NCBI GenBank assembly: GCA_963775425.1
Contig: CAVZJB010000004.1
Location: 128,001-192,000 of the forward strand
Direction: 5' to 3'
Source of the DNA: an uncultured delta proteobacterium
Lineage (GTDB): Bacteria; Myxococcota; UBA727; VGSZ01
Length of the DNA: 64,000 nucleotides
Numbering within the stretch: the stretch's first letter is position 1; the number at the start of each line of letters is the position of its first letter. Shown piece by piece: positions 21,269-32,431 of the stretch. Position numbers and translations under genes: made by a program. Under the pieces are notes generated by a model, which was given only the letters and a program-made list of their open reading frames with translations, ran no database searches and had not been told where the DNA came from.

Positions 21269-22063
21269 CTACTGTGCCAGACTGCTCGGCGGCGGTCGCC
21301 GATGAACTTGTGCGTCGTGCCGACGAGGCCGCGGCGCTGGCCGGGTGAGCGCGAGGCGCGCCTCGACGGCGCGGTGGTCGGACAGCTCCGGTTGGACGTG
21401 GACGCGCGCGCCGCGGGGCTCGAGGCCGCGCACGAAGATCCGATCGAAGCGCTCGCGCTCGCCCGCGCGGTCGTAGGTGGGCGTGACGTCGAAGGGGGCG
21501 ACGGCGTCGACGAGGCCGGCGCGCTCGATGCGCGCGAGGGTCGCCCGGTCCTCGGGGCTGTCGTCGTAGAAGTTGAGGTCGCCGGCGAGCACGGCGGGGG
21601 AGCAGCCCTCGAGCTCGTCGAGGACGACGTCGACCTGCTCGGCGCGGAGCATGGCGTCCTCGCGGGCGGGCCACGCGTGCAGGTGGGTGACGACGACGTG
21701 GATGTCGTCGACGCCGGCGACGACGGCGTGGAGCACGCCCTTGTTCATCACGAGGCGCTCGACGCCGCGGGCGCTGCGGACGAAGGGTCGGTGGAGCGCG
21801 CGCAGGACGCGCAGGTGGGGCGCGACCGCGAGCGCGAGCCCTGTGTTCGGCTCGCCCGGCCCCGGAGCGACGCACCGCGTCCGGGAGGGGAGCACCCGGG
21901 CGAACGGGCGCGGCGTCGGGCGCCAGAGCTCCTGCAGCGCGACGAGGTCCGAGCGCCCCGCGGCCAGCCAGCGGCGGGCCCGCGGGAACCTCAGGCGGCG
22001 CGGCGGCCACGCCCACGGCGGCGGCAACCCCCAGAGGTTCAGCGTGAGGACCGACAGCTCCAC
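21269..22063 (-). CDS. Endonuclease/exonuclease/phosphatase (EEP) family, sphingomyelinase-like
   Basis: VLTLNLWG, DLVALQELW, THLHA, LAGDLNF, RFDRIF, LSDH. Confidence 0.85.
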   Translation of the reverse strand: MELSVLTLNLWGLPPPWAWPPRRLRFPRARRWLAAGRSDLVALQELWRPTPRPFARVLPSRTRCVAPGPGEPNTGLALAVAPHLRVLRALHRPFVRSARGVERLVMNKGVLHAVVAGVDDIHVVVTHLHAWPAREDAMLRAEQVDVVLDELEGCSPAVLAGDLNFYDDSPEDRATLARIERAGLVDAVAPFDVTPTYDRAGERERFDRIFVRGLEPRGARVHVQPELSDHRAVEARLALTRPAPRPRRHDAQVHRRPPPSSLAQ

Positions 22064-22152
22064 GGGGCACACTCTGCCACGCGCGCGCGTGCGAGCACGT
22101 TGCCGTCCGCGCGGTGCGCCACAGAAGTGATCCGCATAGCGGAATAGGGTCA

Positions 22153-22596
22153 GTGCCGGCACGCGCGGTGGTCCCGCCGCCGGTGCGCTGGCACCGAGAC
22201 GTCGAAGCGGAAGATGGAGCGGTGTCGCTGTGGCGACTTCGCAGCGGTGTGGGTGCGCACCGGCGGCGGCGACAACCGCGGGGAGGGGGGATCGCGTTGC
22301 GCCCGTCGGCGTGAGCACAAGCTCGCTCGCGTCGACGCCGTGCAGGGTCGCGCCCGTGACAAGGGCGTGCGCAACAACGAGCTCGACCTGAACCGCGCCG
22401 CGGCCGTGATCAACCTGCAAGAGATCGCCAAGCTCCGCCGCGCGGCGTAGCAGAGCCCGCGCCCGGTCCCGTCGCCGGTGCGCACGAGAGCCCTGCACAT
22501 CGCCACGAAGCCGCCACAGCGACACCGCTCCAAATTCCGCGTCCGGACGTCTCGGTGTCAGCGCACCGGCGACGGGCCTGGCTCGCGTGCCGGCAC
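22153..22596. mobile_element. Degenerate IS/MITE-like element: ~100-bp imperfect inverted repeats around an IS1182-like transposase C-terminal remnant
   Basis: 22153-22251 is the reverse complement of ~22495-22596; the internal + strand reads EHKLARVDAVQGRARDKGVRNNELDLNRAAAVINLQEIA (stop 22450), resembling DDE_Tnp_1_6 C-termini. Confidence 0.6.
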
Positions 22597-22682
22597 GCCC
22601 GCCGCTTCGTGCACATCCACGATGTGCGGGCGGCGCTTCGCGCCGAGTGCTTGGCCGACCCATTTGTTTTTGCGGTTCAACT

Positions 22683-23345
22683 CTAGCGGCGACGCGCGCG
22701 GATCACCGTCGCCCGCCCCCACGAAAATGCCGCGGGCGCGCGCCGCTCGACGTCGAACGCGCCGGCGGGCGGGTCCCACGTGAGGGCGATGACGCGCGTC
22801 CCGGGGGGGAGCGCGGCCAGGCGCTCGCCGAGCGCCGCGCGGACCTCGTCGGGCATGCAGGTCCAGGCAACCCAGACGTGGGTCGCGCCGTCGAGCGGGA
22901 ACGCGCGGGCGTCGCCAATCTCGAGAGCGGCGCCGGCGGCGGCGACGACGGCGCGCGCGGGATCGGCGCGGAGCGGATCGAGCTCGACGCCCCGGGCCTG
23001 CGCGCCGAGGAGCCGGGCCGCGAGCAGGACGGTGCCGCGGCCGGCGCCGAGGTCGACGACGGTGGAGCGGGCGTCGACGCCCGCGGCGCGCAGGACGTCG
23101 ACGGCGGTGGCGAGCGGCGTCTCTCCCCACGTGAGCGCCTCGCGCGGCAAGCCCGCGGCCGCGGCGGCGGCGACGCCGGCGGGGCTCGGCCGGTGCGGCG
23201 GGAGCGCCCGGTCAAGCCGCCACAGCGCGAGGCACGCGCGGCGCACCGCGCGGTGACGCGCGGCGACGGCGAGGTCACGCGCGCGCAGCAGGGGGCGGAC
23301 GGCGAGGCCCCAGCCGACGCCCCGGGCCGTGTCGACGAGGCTCAT
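22683..23345 (-). CDS. Class I SAM-dependent methyltransferase
   Basis: WGET, VVDLGAGRG, GVELDP, IGDA, LPPGTRVI. Confidence 0.85.
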   Translation of the reverse strand: MSLVDTARGVGWGLAVRPLLRARDLAVAARHRAVRRACLALWRLDRALPPHRPSPAGVAAAAAAGLPREALTWGETPLATAVDVLRAAGVDARSTVVDLGAGRGTVLLAARLLGAQARGVELDPLRADPARAVVAAAGAALEIGDARAFPLDGATHVWVAWTCMPDEVRAALGERLAALPPGTRVIALTWDPPAGAFDVERRAPAAFSWGRATVIRARRR

Positions 23346-23361
23346 CGGCCGCGGAGGCGCC

Positions 23362-23793
23362 TCATGCCGCGGGATCGGCGTCGCCGCGCAGCCCGTACAC
23401 GAGGAGCGAGATGGCGGCGAGCATCGCGAGGATCATCACGATGAGGCCGGCGTCGATGACGTTTTCCTGCCACGACGCCGCGTCGTAGCCCGCCCCGGCG
23501 ATCGGCGTGAGCTTCTTGGTGCCCCACGCGGCGCCGAGGAGCGTGAGCGCCCAGTTGGCGTAGGTGCCGAACAGGAGGAGCCACATGGTCGCGGCCCGGA
23601 GGGCGTCGCCGAGCCGGAGCCGCGGCCACAGGAGGCCCACGGCGAGCAGGAACATCCCGTTCAGCAGCCCCTCGAGGTGCCCCGAGAGCGCGAGCCGCGG
23701 GTTGTGGAAGAGCTGCGCGGTGGCGCCGCTCACGATGCCGATGAGGAAGAGCAGCATCCCCGCGAACAAGATCATGCGCGGACGATTGGGCAT
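23362..23793 (-). CDS. Small multi-TM membrane protein (styrene-oxide-isomerase-like)
   Basis: Four hydrophobic segments; NPRLALSGHLEGLLNG motif. Confidence 0.6.
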   Translation of the reverse strand: MPNRPRMILFAGMLLFLIGIVSGATAQLFHNPRLALSGHLEGLLNGMFLLAVGLLWPRLRLGDALRAATMWLLLFGTYANWALTLLGAAWGTKKLTPIAGAGYDAASWQENVIDAGLIVMILAMLAAISLLVYGLRGDADPAA

Positions 23794-23910
23794 GGCGCGC
23801 TCTCGCACGGCGCGGCGCAAAACGAAACGGGCCGACGACGCACGACAAGGGCCGCGATCGTCCACCCTGCGGCGGCCGAGCGCGGCCCTGTCACCGATGC
23901 GAGACGGCGC

Positions 23911-24294
23911 TCAGTCCGAGTCGCCGGAGATCGGCTTCTCCGACCCCACCAGCTCGAGGATCGAGATGGTGGCGTTGTCACCGCGGCGGATTCGCGACTT
24001 GGTGATGCGGGTGTAGCCGCCGTTCCTCGTCTTGAACCGGGGCGCGATGTCGGAGAAGAGCTTCCGGAGCACTTCCTGGTCGCGGATGTCCCGGTGCGCG
24101 AGCCGCCGCGAGTGAAGATCGCCGGCCTTTGCCAGCGTGATCAGCTTCTCGGCGACGATGCGCAGCTCCTTGGCCTTCTGGTCGGTGGTCTCGATGCGCT
24201 CGTGACGGAACAGCGACGTGGCCATGTTGCGAAACATCGCCTGCCGGTGCGCCGACGTGCGCGAGAACTTACGACCTGCTTTCAAATGACGCAT
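23911..24294 (-). CDS. rplQ: 50S ribosomal protein bL17
   Basis: [23 protein letters not shown]...RNGGYTRI. Confidence 0.99.
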   Translation of the reverse strand: MRHLKAGRKFSRTSAHRQAMFRNMATSLFRHERIETTDQKAKELRIVAEKLITLAKAGDLHSRRLAHRDIRDQEVLRKLFSDIAPRFKTRNGGYTRITKSRIRRGDNATISILELVGSEKPISGDSD

Positions 24295-24319
24295 GGGGTG
24301 GTCCTTACAAAGGAGAGGT

Positions 24320-25411
<1,092 letters not shown>

Positions 25412-25502
25412 CTTGCTTCTTGCCTTTCGAGCAGCCCCCTCGGAACACCCCGGCCGCATGCCGGTGAGCCCCATGGGGACGACAGGAGAACGGTTCTAAC
25501 GA

Positions 25503-25886
25503 CTAGACGCGGCGCCGCTTGGGCGGCCGGCAGCCGTTGTGCGGGATGGGGGTGACGTCGCGGATGAGGGTGACCTTGAGGCCGCTGTTGGCGATGGCGC
25601 GCAGGGCGCTCTCACGACCGGCGCCGGGGCCCTTCACGCGGACCTCGACGGCCTTCATGCCGTGATCCATGGCCTTGCGGCAGGCGTCCTCGGCGGCCAC
25701 CTGCGCGGCGAACGGCGTGGACTTGCGCGAGCCCTTGAAGCCGCGGGCGCCACAGGTCGACCACGACACCGTGCCGCCCGTGGGATCGGTGATGGTGACG
25801 ACGGTGTTGTTGAAGGAGGCGAACACGTGCGCGACGCCGATGGCGACGTTCTTCTTGACGCGCTTTTTGCCCTTGGGAGTTGCCAT
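25503..25886 (-). CDS. rpsK: 30S ribosomal protein uS11
   Basis: [35 protein letters not shown]. Confidence 0.99.
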   Translation of the reverse strand: MATPKGKKRVKKNVAIGVAHVFASFNNTVVTITDPTGGTVSWSTCGARGFKGSRKSTPFAAQVAAEDACRKAMDHGMKAVEVRVKGPGAGRESALRAIANSGLKVTLIRDVTPIPHNGCRPPKRRRV

Positions 25887-25932
25887 ATGAGGAGCTCTTC
25901 TTTTTCAGCGAGGGAAAGGGATGGCGACGGTG

Positions 25933-25987
25933 GCGGTTCGTGAAGCGGTTCGTCGTGACGCGGTTCGCGAAGCGGTTCGCGAAGCGG
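25933..25987. repeat. Intergenic tandem repeat of ~12 bp (GCGGTTCGCGAA-like, about 4 copies) between rpsM and rpsK
   Basis: gcggttcgtgaa gcggttcgtcgtgac gcggttcgcgaa gcggttcgcgaa gcgg. Confidence 0.8.
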
Positions 25988-26003
25988 GGGACAAGCCCCC
26001 GCC

Positions 26004-26384
26004 CTACTTGCCGGCCGAGGGGGCCTTGCGGGCGACGCTCTTGCGCGGACCCTTGCGGGTGCGGGCGTTGGTGTGCGTGCGCTGGCCGCGGACCGGGAGG
26101 CCCTTCCTGTGCCGCAGGCCGCGGTAGCAGCCGAGGTCCATCAGGCGCTTGATGTTGAGCGCCACCTCGCGGCGCAGATCGCCTTCGACCTTGTTGGCGG
26201 ACTCGAGGACGTCACGGATGCGCGCCACCTCGTCCTCGCCGAGGTCGTCGGAGCGCTTGTTGGGGTCGACGTTCGCCTTGCTCAACACGCGCTGCGACGT
26301 CACCGGCCCGATGCCGTAGAGGTACGTGAGAGCCACGCCCATCTTCTTGTTGCGGGGAAGGTCGACACCAGAGATTCGAGCCAC
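26004..26384 (-). CDS. rpsM: 30S ribosomal protein uS13
   Basis: [35 protein letters not shown]; GTG start with GGAGG. Confidence 0.99.
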   Translation of the reverse strand: MARISGVDLPRNKKMGVALTYLYGIGPVTSQRVLSKANVDPNKRSDDLGEDEVARIRDVLESANKVEGDLRREVALNIKRLMDLGCYRGLRHRKGLPVRGQRTHTNARTRKGPRKSVARKAPSAGK

Positions 26385-26460
26385 GATCAGCCTCCAGAAA
26401 CCAACTGCGACCGGGGAAGCGGCCGCTTGAGTGCTTTGCGGAGAATGAACGCACGCCGCT

Positions 26461-26559
26461 CGAAGAGCGGGACGACCCCCTCGGGGTCCGTGCGCTCCAC
26501 CGCTCCCCGAAGGGAGCGATCTCTTCGCGCACCGCCGGCGGTTGTCTCTCCGCCGGCGG
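26461..26559 (-). promoter_or_regulatory. Structured 5' leader upstream of rpsM (candidate r-protein leader)
   Basis: CGAAGAG/CTCTTCG closing stem enclosing GACCCC/GGGGTC and CGCTCCC/GGGAGCG (cUUCGg loop on the mRNA) hairpins, plus a CCGCCGGCGG hairpin. Confidence 0.45.
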
Positions 26560-26587
26560 ACATGAAACATCCGAGGTCAGCCCGCCA

Positions 26588-26701
26588 TCATCCCTGCCGC
26601 TGCTTGTGGCGGGTGTTGGAGCAGATCACGCGCACGATTCCCTTGCGCTTCACGATCTTGCACTTGTCGCAAATGGTCTTTACCGACGCGCGCACCTTCA
26701 T
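26588..26701 (-). CDS. rpmJ: 50S ribosomal protein bL36 (Zn-binding C+ form)
   Basis: [37 protein letters not shown]. Confidence 0.98.
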   Translation of the reverse strand: MKVRASVKTICDKCKIVKRKGIVRVICSNTRHKQRQG

Positions 26702-26894
26702 GACCGACCTCAGCCGCCTCTCGGCGGGTTGACGACGGGGCCTGCGTAGCAGCCGGTCCGTGTGGTGACAAGTGGTCTTTGTCGGGGTCCCTCCGAAAGA
26801 CGGCCGACGTCGGGGGCGCTCCCGGGCGTCGGTCGAACGCCCCAACGGGCCGTCCGGGGCGGGCCCCGGGGCGGATACTCCCCCCGAGGTGCGG

Positions 26895-28736
26895 ATGGGA
26901 GTGCTCGGGGCGCTGCGTGAGGAGAGCCGGCTTCGCTGGGACGCGAACCTTCGCGCGGGCCAGTGGATCGCGGTGGCCTGCGCGCTGTTCTCGGTGCCCT
27001 GCGGCGACGTCCGCACCATCCTGGCGTCGTTTTCGATGGCGGCGGTGGCGTTCACCTGGTTCACCATGGCGCGGCGCACGCACGGCAGGGCCCGCGCCGT
27101 CGCCACCGCCGTCACCCCGGGCTTCGCGCTGCTCCTCGGCCCCGCCGCCACCGTGCTGCTCGCGCGCGTGAACGCCGACATGGCCTACACGCAGTGGTTC
27201 ACCCCGCTGATCAGCATCTTCGTGATGGCGCTCTCGGTGCAGCGCCTCGAGCCGTGGCGTCCCGCGGTCTACGGCGCCGTCGCCGGCGCGCTCTACATCC
27301 TCGGCTACGACGCTTCGACGTGGGACATGGCCGCCACGCACCGCGTGGGCTTCGCGCTGCGCCCGACCACGCAGATCGTGCGCACCCTGCTCTTCCTCGG
27401 CGCCGGCGGCGCCTTCTCGATGCTCACGCACTCGCTGCGCCGCTCCCTCGTCCGCGCCGACGAGCGCTCGCGCGATCGCGAGTTCTCGTCGCGCTACCGG
27501 CTCGGCCGGCCCATCGCGAGCGGCGGGATGGCGTCGGTGGTGCACGCGACCTACTGCGCCGCCGGCGGCTTCGCGCGGCCCGTGGCGCTCAAGCGGCTGC
27601 ACCCGAACCTCGCCAAGGACCCGCGCGTCGTCGACACGTTCCGCGCCGAGGCCGAGCTCGGCGCGCGCCTGATGCACGCGAACATCGTCCCCGTGCTCGA
27701 CTTCGGCCGTGTGCACGACAGCTATTACCTCGCGATGGAGTACGTCGCGGGCACCGACCTGCGCGCGCTCCTCACGCGGCTGCGCCGCGAGGAGACGAAG
27801 CTGCCGCCGCGCCTGGCGGCGCTCATCGCCTTCGAGGTGCTGCAGGGTCTGTCGTTCGCGCACACCGGCGCCCGCGACGCGCAGGGCCGGTTGCTGCGCG
27901 TGGTGCACCGCGACCTCTCGCCGGGCAACGTCCTGATCTCGACGACGGGGCAGGTGAAGATCTCGGACTTCGGCATCGCGTGCGCGCTGCGCGAGGCCGA
28001 GCAGCACCGCGCGCGCCACGTCGCCGGCAGCATGGCGTACCTCGCGCCCGAGCAGGTGCGCAAAGACGGCTTCGACGCGCGCGCCGACCTCTTCGCCGTC
28101 GGCGTGCTCCTCTGGGAGATGCTCACGTGCGAGCGCCTGTTCAAGCGCGACAGCACCGCCGCCACGCTGCGCGCCGTCGTCGACGGTGAGGTGCCGCCGG
28201 TGGCCGGCGTGTCGTCGGCGTGGGACGCGCTGTTGGCGCGCGCGCTCGCGCAGAGGCCCGAGCGCCGCTTCGAGAGCGCGGCTGCGATGGCGGACGCCAT
28301 CGCCGAGCTCCTGCGCGCCGAAGGCGAAGCGTTGCCGCGCCCGGAGGAGCTGGCGGCGTTCCTGGCGTCCCCCGCGTCCTTGGTGCGCTCCTCGAGCCGC
28401 GATCGCCCCCCGAGCCGGTCCCGCACCCCGAGCCGCCCTTCGGAGCGCCTGCGCCGCAAGGTCGCGGAGGCGGCGCCGGCGCCGGCGCTCGAGCCCACGC
28501 AGGAGGCCACGCCGCCGACGGGCTCGCGGCCCCGCCGCCGCTGGCGCGTGGTGCGCAACGAGGAGCCGCCGCTGCGGGCCGCGCCCGAGCCGCATCGGCT
28601 GCCGCCGACGCACCGCGACGACGACGACGGGTACGGCATCGGCTCCCTCTCGACGGAGATCGAGGTCCACCTGCCCACGCCGCTGCCGGCGCACGCGACC
28701 GCGGGCCGGGGTCGCCGCCGCCGCGCCCGCCGCTGA
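26895..28736 (+). CDS. Hanks-type Ser/Thr protein kinase with N-terminal TM helices
   Basis: [39 protein letters not shown]; several hydrophobic helices precede the kinase domain. Confidence 0.92.
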   Translation: MGVLGALREESRLRWDANLRAGQWIAVACALFSVPCGDVRTILASFSMAAVAFTWFTMARRTHGRARAVATAVTPGFALLLGPAATVLLARVNADMAYTQWFTPLISIFVMALSVQRLEPWRPAVYGAVAGALYILGYDASTWDMAATHRVGFALRPTTQIVRTLLFLGAGGAFSMLTHSLRRSLVRADERSRDREFSSRYRLGRPIASGGMASVVHATYCAAGGFARPVALKRLHPNLAKDPRVVDTFRAEAELGARLMHANIVPVLDFGRVHDSYYLAMEYVAGTDLRALLTRLRREETKLPPRLAALIAFEVLQGLSFAHTGARDAQGRLLRVVHRDLSPGNVLISTTGQVKISDFGIACALREAEQHRARHVAGSMAYLAPEQVRKDGFDARADLFAVGVLLWEMLTCERLFKRDSTAATLRAVVDGEVPPVAGVSSAWDALLARALAQRPERRFESAAAMADAIAELLRAEGEALPRPEELAAFLASPASLVRSSSRDRPPSRSRTPSRPSERLRRKVAEAAPAPALEPTQEATPPTGSRPRRRWRVVRNEEPPLRAAPEPHRLPPTHRDDDDGYGIGSLSTEIEVHLPTPLPAHATAGRGRRRRARR

Positions 28737-28778
28737 GCGCGATGTGCGCCCAGGGTTGGACTTCGAGGCGACGCGGGG

Positions 28779-29426
28779 TCAGGACAGGTCGAGCACGCGC
28801 AGGACCGCGGCGAAGACCTCGTCGGGGCTCCTGGTGCCGTCGACGTGCTTCAGGATGCCGCGCGGGCCGTAGAGCTCCTTGAGCGGCGCGGTGTCCCGGT
28901 GGAACTTGGCGAGGCGCTCGCGCACGGCGGTCTCGTTGTCGTCGCCGCGCTGGACGAGGTCGCTGCCGCAGGCGTCGCACTTGCCGGCGACCTTGGGCGG
29001 CTTGGTGCTCACATGGTAGACGCTGCCGTCCGCGGGGCACGAGCGGCGACCGGCGACGCGCCCGACGATGACGTCGTCGGGGACGTCGATGCCGACGACG
29101 ACGTCGATCTTCTGGCCCTTGGCCTCGAGCATCTTGTCGAGGGCCTCACCCTGAGGAATGGTGCGCGGGAAGCCGTCGAGCATGAAGCCGTCTTTGCTGT
29201 CGGGCTTCTCGATGCGCGAGGCGATCATCCCGATGACGATGTCGTCGGAGACGAGGCCACCCTTGTCCATGATCTCGGCGGCTCTCCGGCCGAGCTCCGA
29301 GCCCGCCGCGCGCTCCGCGCGCAGCATGTCGCCCGTGGAGAGCTGAGGGATCTTCAGCTTCTCCTCGAGGCGCTTGGCCTGGGTTCCCTTGCCCGCCCCG
29401 GGGGGCCCGAACAGGATCATCCTCAT
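28779..29426 (-). CDS. adk: Adenylate kinase
   Basis: GPPGAGKGTQ, LSTGDMLR, LDGFPRT, Zn-type lid, QRGDD. Confidence 0.98.
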   Translation of the reverse strand: MRMILFGPPGAGKGTQAKRLEEKLKIPQLSTGDMLRAERAAGSELGRRAAEIMDKGGLVSDDIVIGMIASRIEKPDSKDGFMLDGFPRTIPQGEALDKMLEAKGQKIDVVVGIDVPDDVIVGRVAGRRSCPADGSVYHVSTKPPKVAGKCDACGSDLVQRGDDNETAVRERLAKFHRDTAPLKELYGPRGILKHVDGTRSPDEVFAAVLRVLDLS

Positions 29427-29470
29427 GGCGATGGCGATGCCCCGCATTGCCGTCCGGGGGAAGGGGGGAT

Positions 29471-29584
29471 TTCCCGAAGCACTTCCCGAAGCCCCAGTTC
29501 CCGAAGCCCCACTTCCCGAAGCCCCACTTCCCGAAGCCCCACTTCCCGAAGCCCCACTTCCCGAAGCCCCACTTCCCGAAGCCC
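29471..29584. repeat. Intergenic 15-bp tandem array (TTCCCGAAGCCCCAC, 8 cores) between secY and adk
   Basis: TTCCCGAAGC at 29471, 29483, 29498, 29513, 29528, 29543, 29558, 29573; no unique spacers. Confidence 0.95.
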
Positions 29585-29601
29585 AGCCCCGGACCGTGTG
29601 C

Positions 29602-30990
29602 TCAGCCGGCCGTGACGAGGTCGGCGTTCTGCGTCTGCGTCGAGCCGCTCGTGCGCGCGCGGCCGCGGATGCGTGGGCCGCTCGGGCCCGCGAAGCCGTC
29701 GTAGTGCCGCGTGATCAGGTGACCCTCGATCTGTTGCGCCGTATCGAGGGCGACGCCGACGACGATGAGGAGGCCGGTGCCGCCGAAGTAGAACGGCACG
29801 CGGTTGGACACCGAGGACTGGATGATGGTCGGCAGCAAGCACACCGCGGCCAGATAGAGGGCGCCGGCGAAGGTGATGCGGGTGAGCACGCTGTCGATGT
29901 ATTCGGCGGTTTCCCGCCCGGGTCTGACGCCTGGTACGAAGCCGCCGAATTTCTTCAAGTTGTCGGCGACGTCGACCGGGTTGAAGACCATGGATGTGTA
30001 GAAGAACGAGAAGAACACGATGAGCAGCACGTACAGGGACATGTACTGCCACGTCCCCGGCTGCAGCGCGTGCTGGACAGGGATCATCCATTCGGCGTTG
30101 ATGAAGCTCGCCAAGGTGGCTGGGAACATCAGCAGCGACGACGCGAAGATGGGCGGGATGACGCCGGAGGTGTTCACCTTCAAAGGCAGGTGCGTGGCCT
30201 GGCCTCCGTACTGTTTGTTGCCGACGATGCGTTTGGCGTACTGCACAGGGATGCGGCGCTGGCCGCGCTCCATGAACACGATGGCGGCGACGACGACGAA
30301 GACGACGGCGACGAGGACGATCATCTCGGTGGGGCGGTAGGTGCCTTCCTTCACGCCCTCGGCGGTGGAGTAGATGGCGGTGGGGAGGCGGGAGACGATG
30401 CCGGCGAAGATGATGACGCTGGTGCCGTTGCCGATGCCCTTTTCCTGGATGCGCTCGCCGAGCCACATGATGAAGCTCGTGCCGGTGGTCAGGGTGATGA
30501 TGGTCATGGCCACGAAGGCGTAGCCGTGCCACGCCGTGGCCCAGTCCGCGCTCACCACGCTGGTGCCGTTGCTGTTGATGCCCTTGAGCCAGTTCGAGAG
30601 CATCACGCCCTGGACGACGGAGACGATCACGCAGCCGTAGCGCGTGTACTGGTTGATCTTCCGGCGGCCCTGCTCGCCTTCCTTGTTCAGGCGCTCGAGC
30701 GAGGGGACCACCACCGTCATGAGCTGCATGATGATGGAGGCGGTGACGTACGGCATGATGCCGAGCGCGAAGACGCTGAGCTGGTTGAGGGCGCCGCCCG
30801 AGAAGAAGTTGAAGAGGCCGAGGAAGCCGCCCTTCGACTGCGTCTTCAGGTACTCCTGCATGACGCCGCGGTCCACGCCGGGGGTGGAGACGAAGATGCC
30901 CACCCGGTACACGGCGAGAAGCGCGAGCGTGTAGACGATCCGCTTCCGGAGCTCCGGGATGCGGAACATGTTGAACAAGCCTGACGCCAT
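29602..30990 (-). CDS. secY: Preprotein translocase subunit SecY
   Basis: [60 protein letters not shown]. Confidence 0.99.
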   Translation of the reverse strand: MASGLFNMFRIPELRKRIVYTLALLAVYRVGIFVSTPGVDRGVMQEYLKTQSKGGFLGLFNFFSGGALNQLSVFALGIMPYVTASIIMQLMTVVVPSLERLNKEGEQGRRKINQYTRYGCVIVSVVQGVMLSNWLKGINSNGTSVVSADWATAWHGYAFVAMTIITLTTGTSFIMWLGERIQEKGIGNGTSVIIFAGIVSRLPTAIYSTAEGVKEGTYRPTEMIVLVAVVFVVVAAIVFMERGQRRIPVQYAKRIVGNKQYGGQATHLPLKVNTSGVIPPIFASSLLMFPATLASFINAEWMIPVQHALQPGTWQYMSLYVLLIVFFSFFYTSMVFNPVDVADNLKKFGGFVPGVRPGRETAEYIDSVLTRITFAGALYLAAVCLLPTIIQSSVSNRVPFYFGGTGLLIVVGVALDTAQQIEGHLITRHYDGFAGPSGPRIRGRARTSGSTQTQNADLVTAG

Positions 30991-31116
30991 CGGAGCTCCT
31001 CTTCGCGTTACGGACTAGGCGCCGTCGAGCGTAGCGACAACCCCCGTCGGCGCCAATGTCGACGCTTCAGGGGCAGCCGCGAGCCCGCCCGCGGCGCCAT
31101 GCTGCGCCGCCCGACG

Positions 31117-31617
31117 TCAGCCTGCGGCGGGCGCGGCGGCGGCGGGCTCGGCCCCGACGATCTCGACGGTGCCGCCCTTGGCCTCGATCTTCGAGCGCGC
31201 GGACGCCGAGATCGCGTGGACCTTGACCGACAGCTTGTGCGCGAGCTCGCCGGTGCCGAGGACCTTCACGCGATCCGACGGATGGGCGAGGCCCATGCCG
31301 ACGAGCGCGGCGTGATCCACCACGGCGTCGGCCGGAAAGCGCTCCGAGAGGCGGTCGAGGTTGACGACGGCGTACTCGACGCGGAAGCCGTAGTTCCTGA
31401 AGCCGCGCTTGGGCAGGCGGCGGGACAGCGGGAGCTGCCCACCCTCGAAGCCGGGGCGAACGTTGCCGCTCTTGGTCTTCTTCTGGCCCTTGTGGCCGCG
31501 CGCCGCGGTCTTGCCGTGGCCGGTGGCCCGCCCACGCCCCAGCCGCTTCTTGCGGTGACGGGCGCCGATGGGCGAAGGCAGGTTGTGCAAGCCGGTCGTG
31601 GTCGTCTCGGTGGTCAT
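31117..31617 (-). CDS. rplO: 50S ribosomal protein uL15
   Basis: RLGRG..GHGKTAARGHKGQK, GFEGGQLPLSRRLPKRGF. Confidence 0.98.
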   Translation of the reverse strand: MTTETTTTGLHNLPSPIGARHRKKRLGRGRATGHGKTAARGHKGQKKTKSGNVRPGFEGGQLPLSRRLPKRGFRNYGFRVEYAVVNLDRLSERFPADAVVDHAALVGMGLAHPSDRVKVLGTGELAHKLSVKVHAISASARSKIEAKGGTVEIVGAEPAAAAPAAG

Positions 31618-31621
31618 CGCG

Positions 31622-31903
31622 TCACCCCTCGCCCTTGGCGGCGGCGGCCTTCTTGGCGGGGCGCTTGTTGCCGCCCGCGCGGTGGCGGGCGCCGAACAGC
31701 GGCGCCTCGCCGGTGTGCACCTCGACGTCGACGAGGTGCTGGACCTTCACGATCATCCCGCGGATGGCGGGCGTGTCGCGCAGGGTCACGGTGTGGCCGA
31801 TGCGGCGCAGGCCGAGGCCCTGGAGGATGAGGCGCTGCGCGCGCGGCTTGTGCGACAGGCCGCGGCGTTGCGTCACGAGGATCTGGGTCTTCTGCTCAGG
31901 CAT
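31622..31903 (-). CDS. rpmD: 50S ribosomal protein uL30 with a basic C-terminal extension
   Basis: [29 protein letters not shown] followed by ~30 extra residues. Confidence 0.93.
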   Translation of the reverse strand: MPEQKTQILVTQRRGLSHKPRAQRLILQGLGLRRIGHTVTLRDTPAIRGMIVKVQHLVDVEVHTGEAPLFGARHRAGGNKRPAKKAAAAKGEG

Positions 31904-31913
31904 CGGGTGCTCC

Positions 31914-32429
31914 TCACGCCTCGGCGGCGGTGGCCGCCGGGTCCATGCCGCGGCGCTTGGCGTGCTCGTCCGCCGAGCGCAGCCGCTTGAGGCCGGCCAC
32001 CGTGGCGCGCACGACGTTATGGGGGTTCTTGGTGCCGAGGGACTTGGTGAGGATGTTGTGCACCCCCGCCGCCTCGAGCACGTGGCGCACGGTGCCGCCG
32101 GCGATGACGCCGGTACCGTCGGAGGCCGGCCGCAGCACGACCCTGCCCGAGCCGTAGTGGCCGACGATCTCGTGCGGGATGGTGGTGCCGCGCAGCGAGA
32201 CCTTGAACAGGTTCTTCTTCGCCTGATCGGTGCCTTTGCGGATGGCCTCGGGCACCTCGTTCGCCTTGCCGAGGCCCACGCCGACGTGGCCCTCGCCGTC
32301 GCCGACGACAACCAGCGCCGAGAAGGAGAAGCGACGTCCGCCCTTCACCACCTTGGCGACGCGATTGATGTGGATGACGCGCTCGGAGAGCTCGCCGAGG
32401 TTCTCGGGGTTGATGCGTTGCTCAGCCAT
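31914..32429 (-). CDS. rpsE: 30S ribosomal protein uS5
   Basis: [33 protein letters not shown]. Confidence 0.99.
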   Translation of the reverse strand: MAEQRINPENLGELSERVIHINRVAKVVKGGRRFSFSALVVVGDGEGHVGVGLGKANEVPEAIRKGTDQAKKNLFKVSLRGTTIPHEIVGHYGSGRVVLRPASDGTGVIAGGTVRHVLEAAGVHNILTKSLGTKNPHNVVRATVAGLKRLRSADEHAKRRGMDPAATAAEA

Positions 32430-32431
32430 GG

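Noticed and set aside
25412-25502. rpsD remnant or tRNA in the rpsK-rpoA gap
   Set aside because: The 91 nt show no S4-like peptide and no cloverleaf or T-loop motif.
29471-29584. CRISPR array
   Set aside because: Units are 15 bp and contiguous, with no unique spacers and no cas genes; it is a simple tandem repeat.
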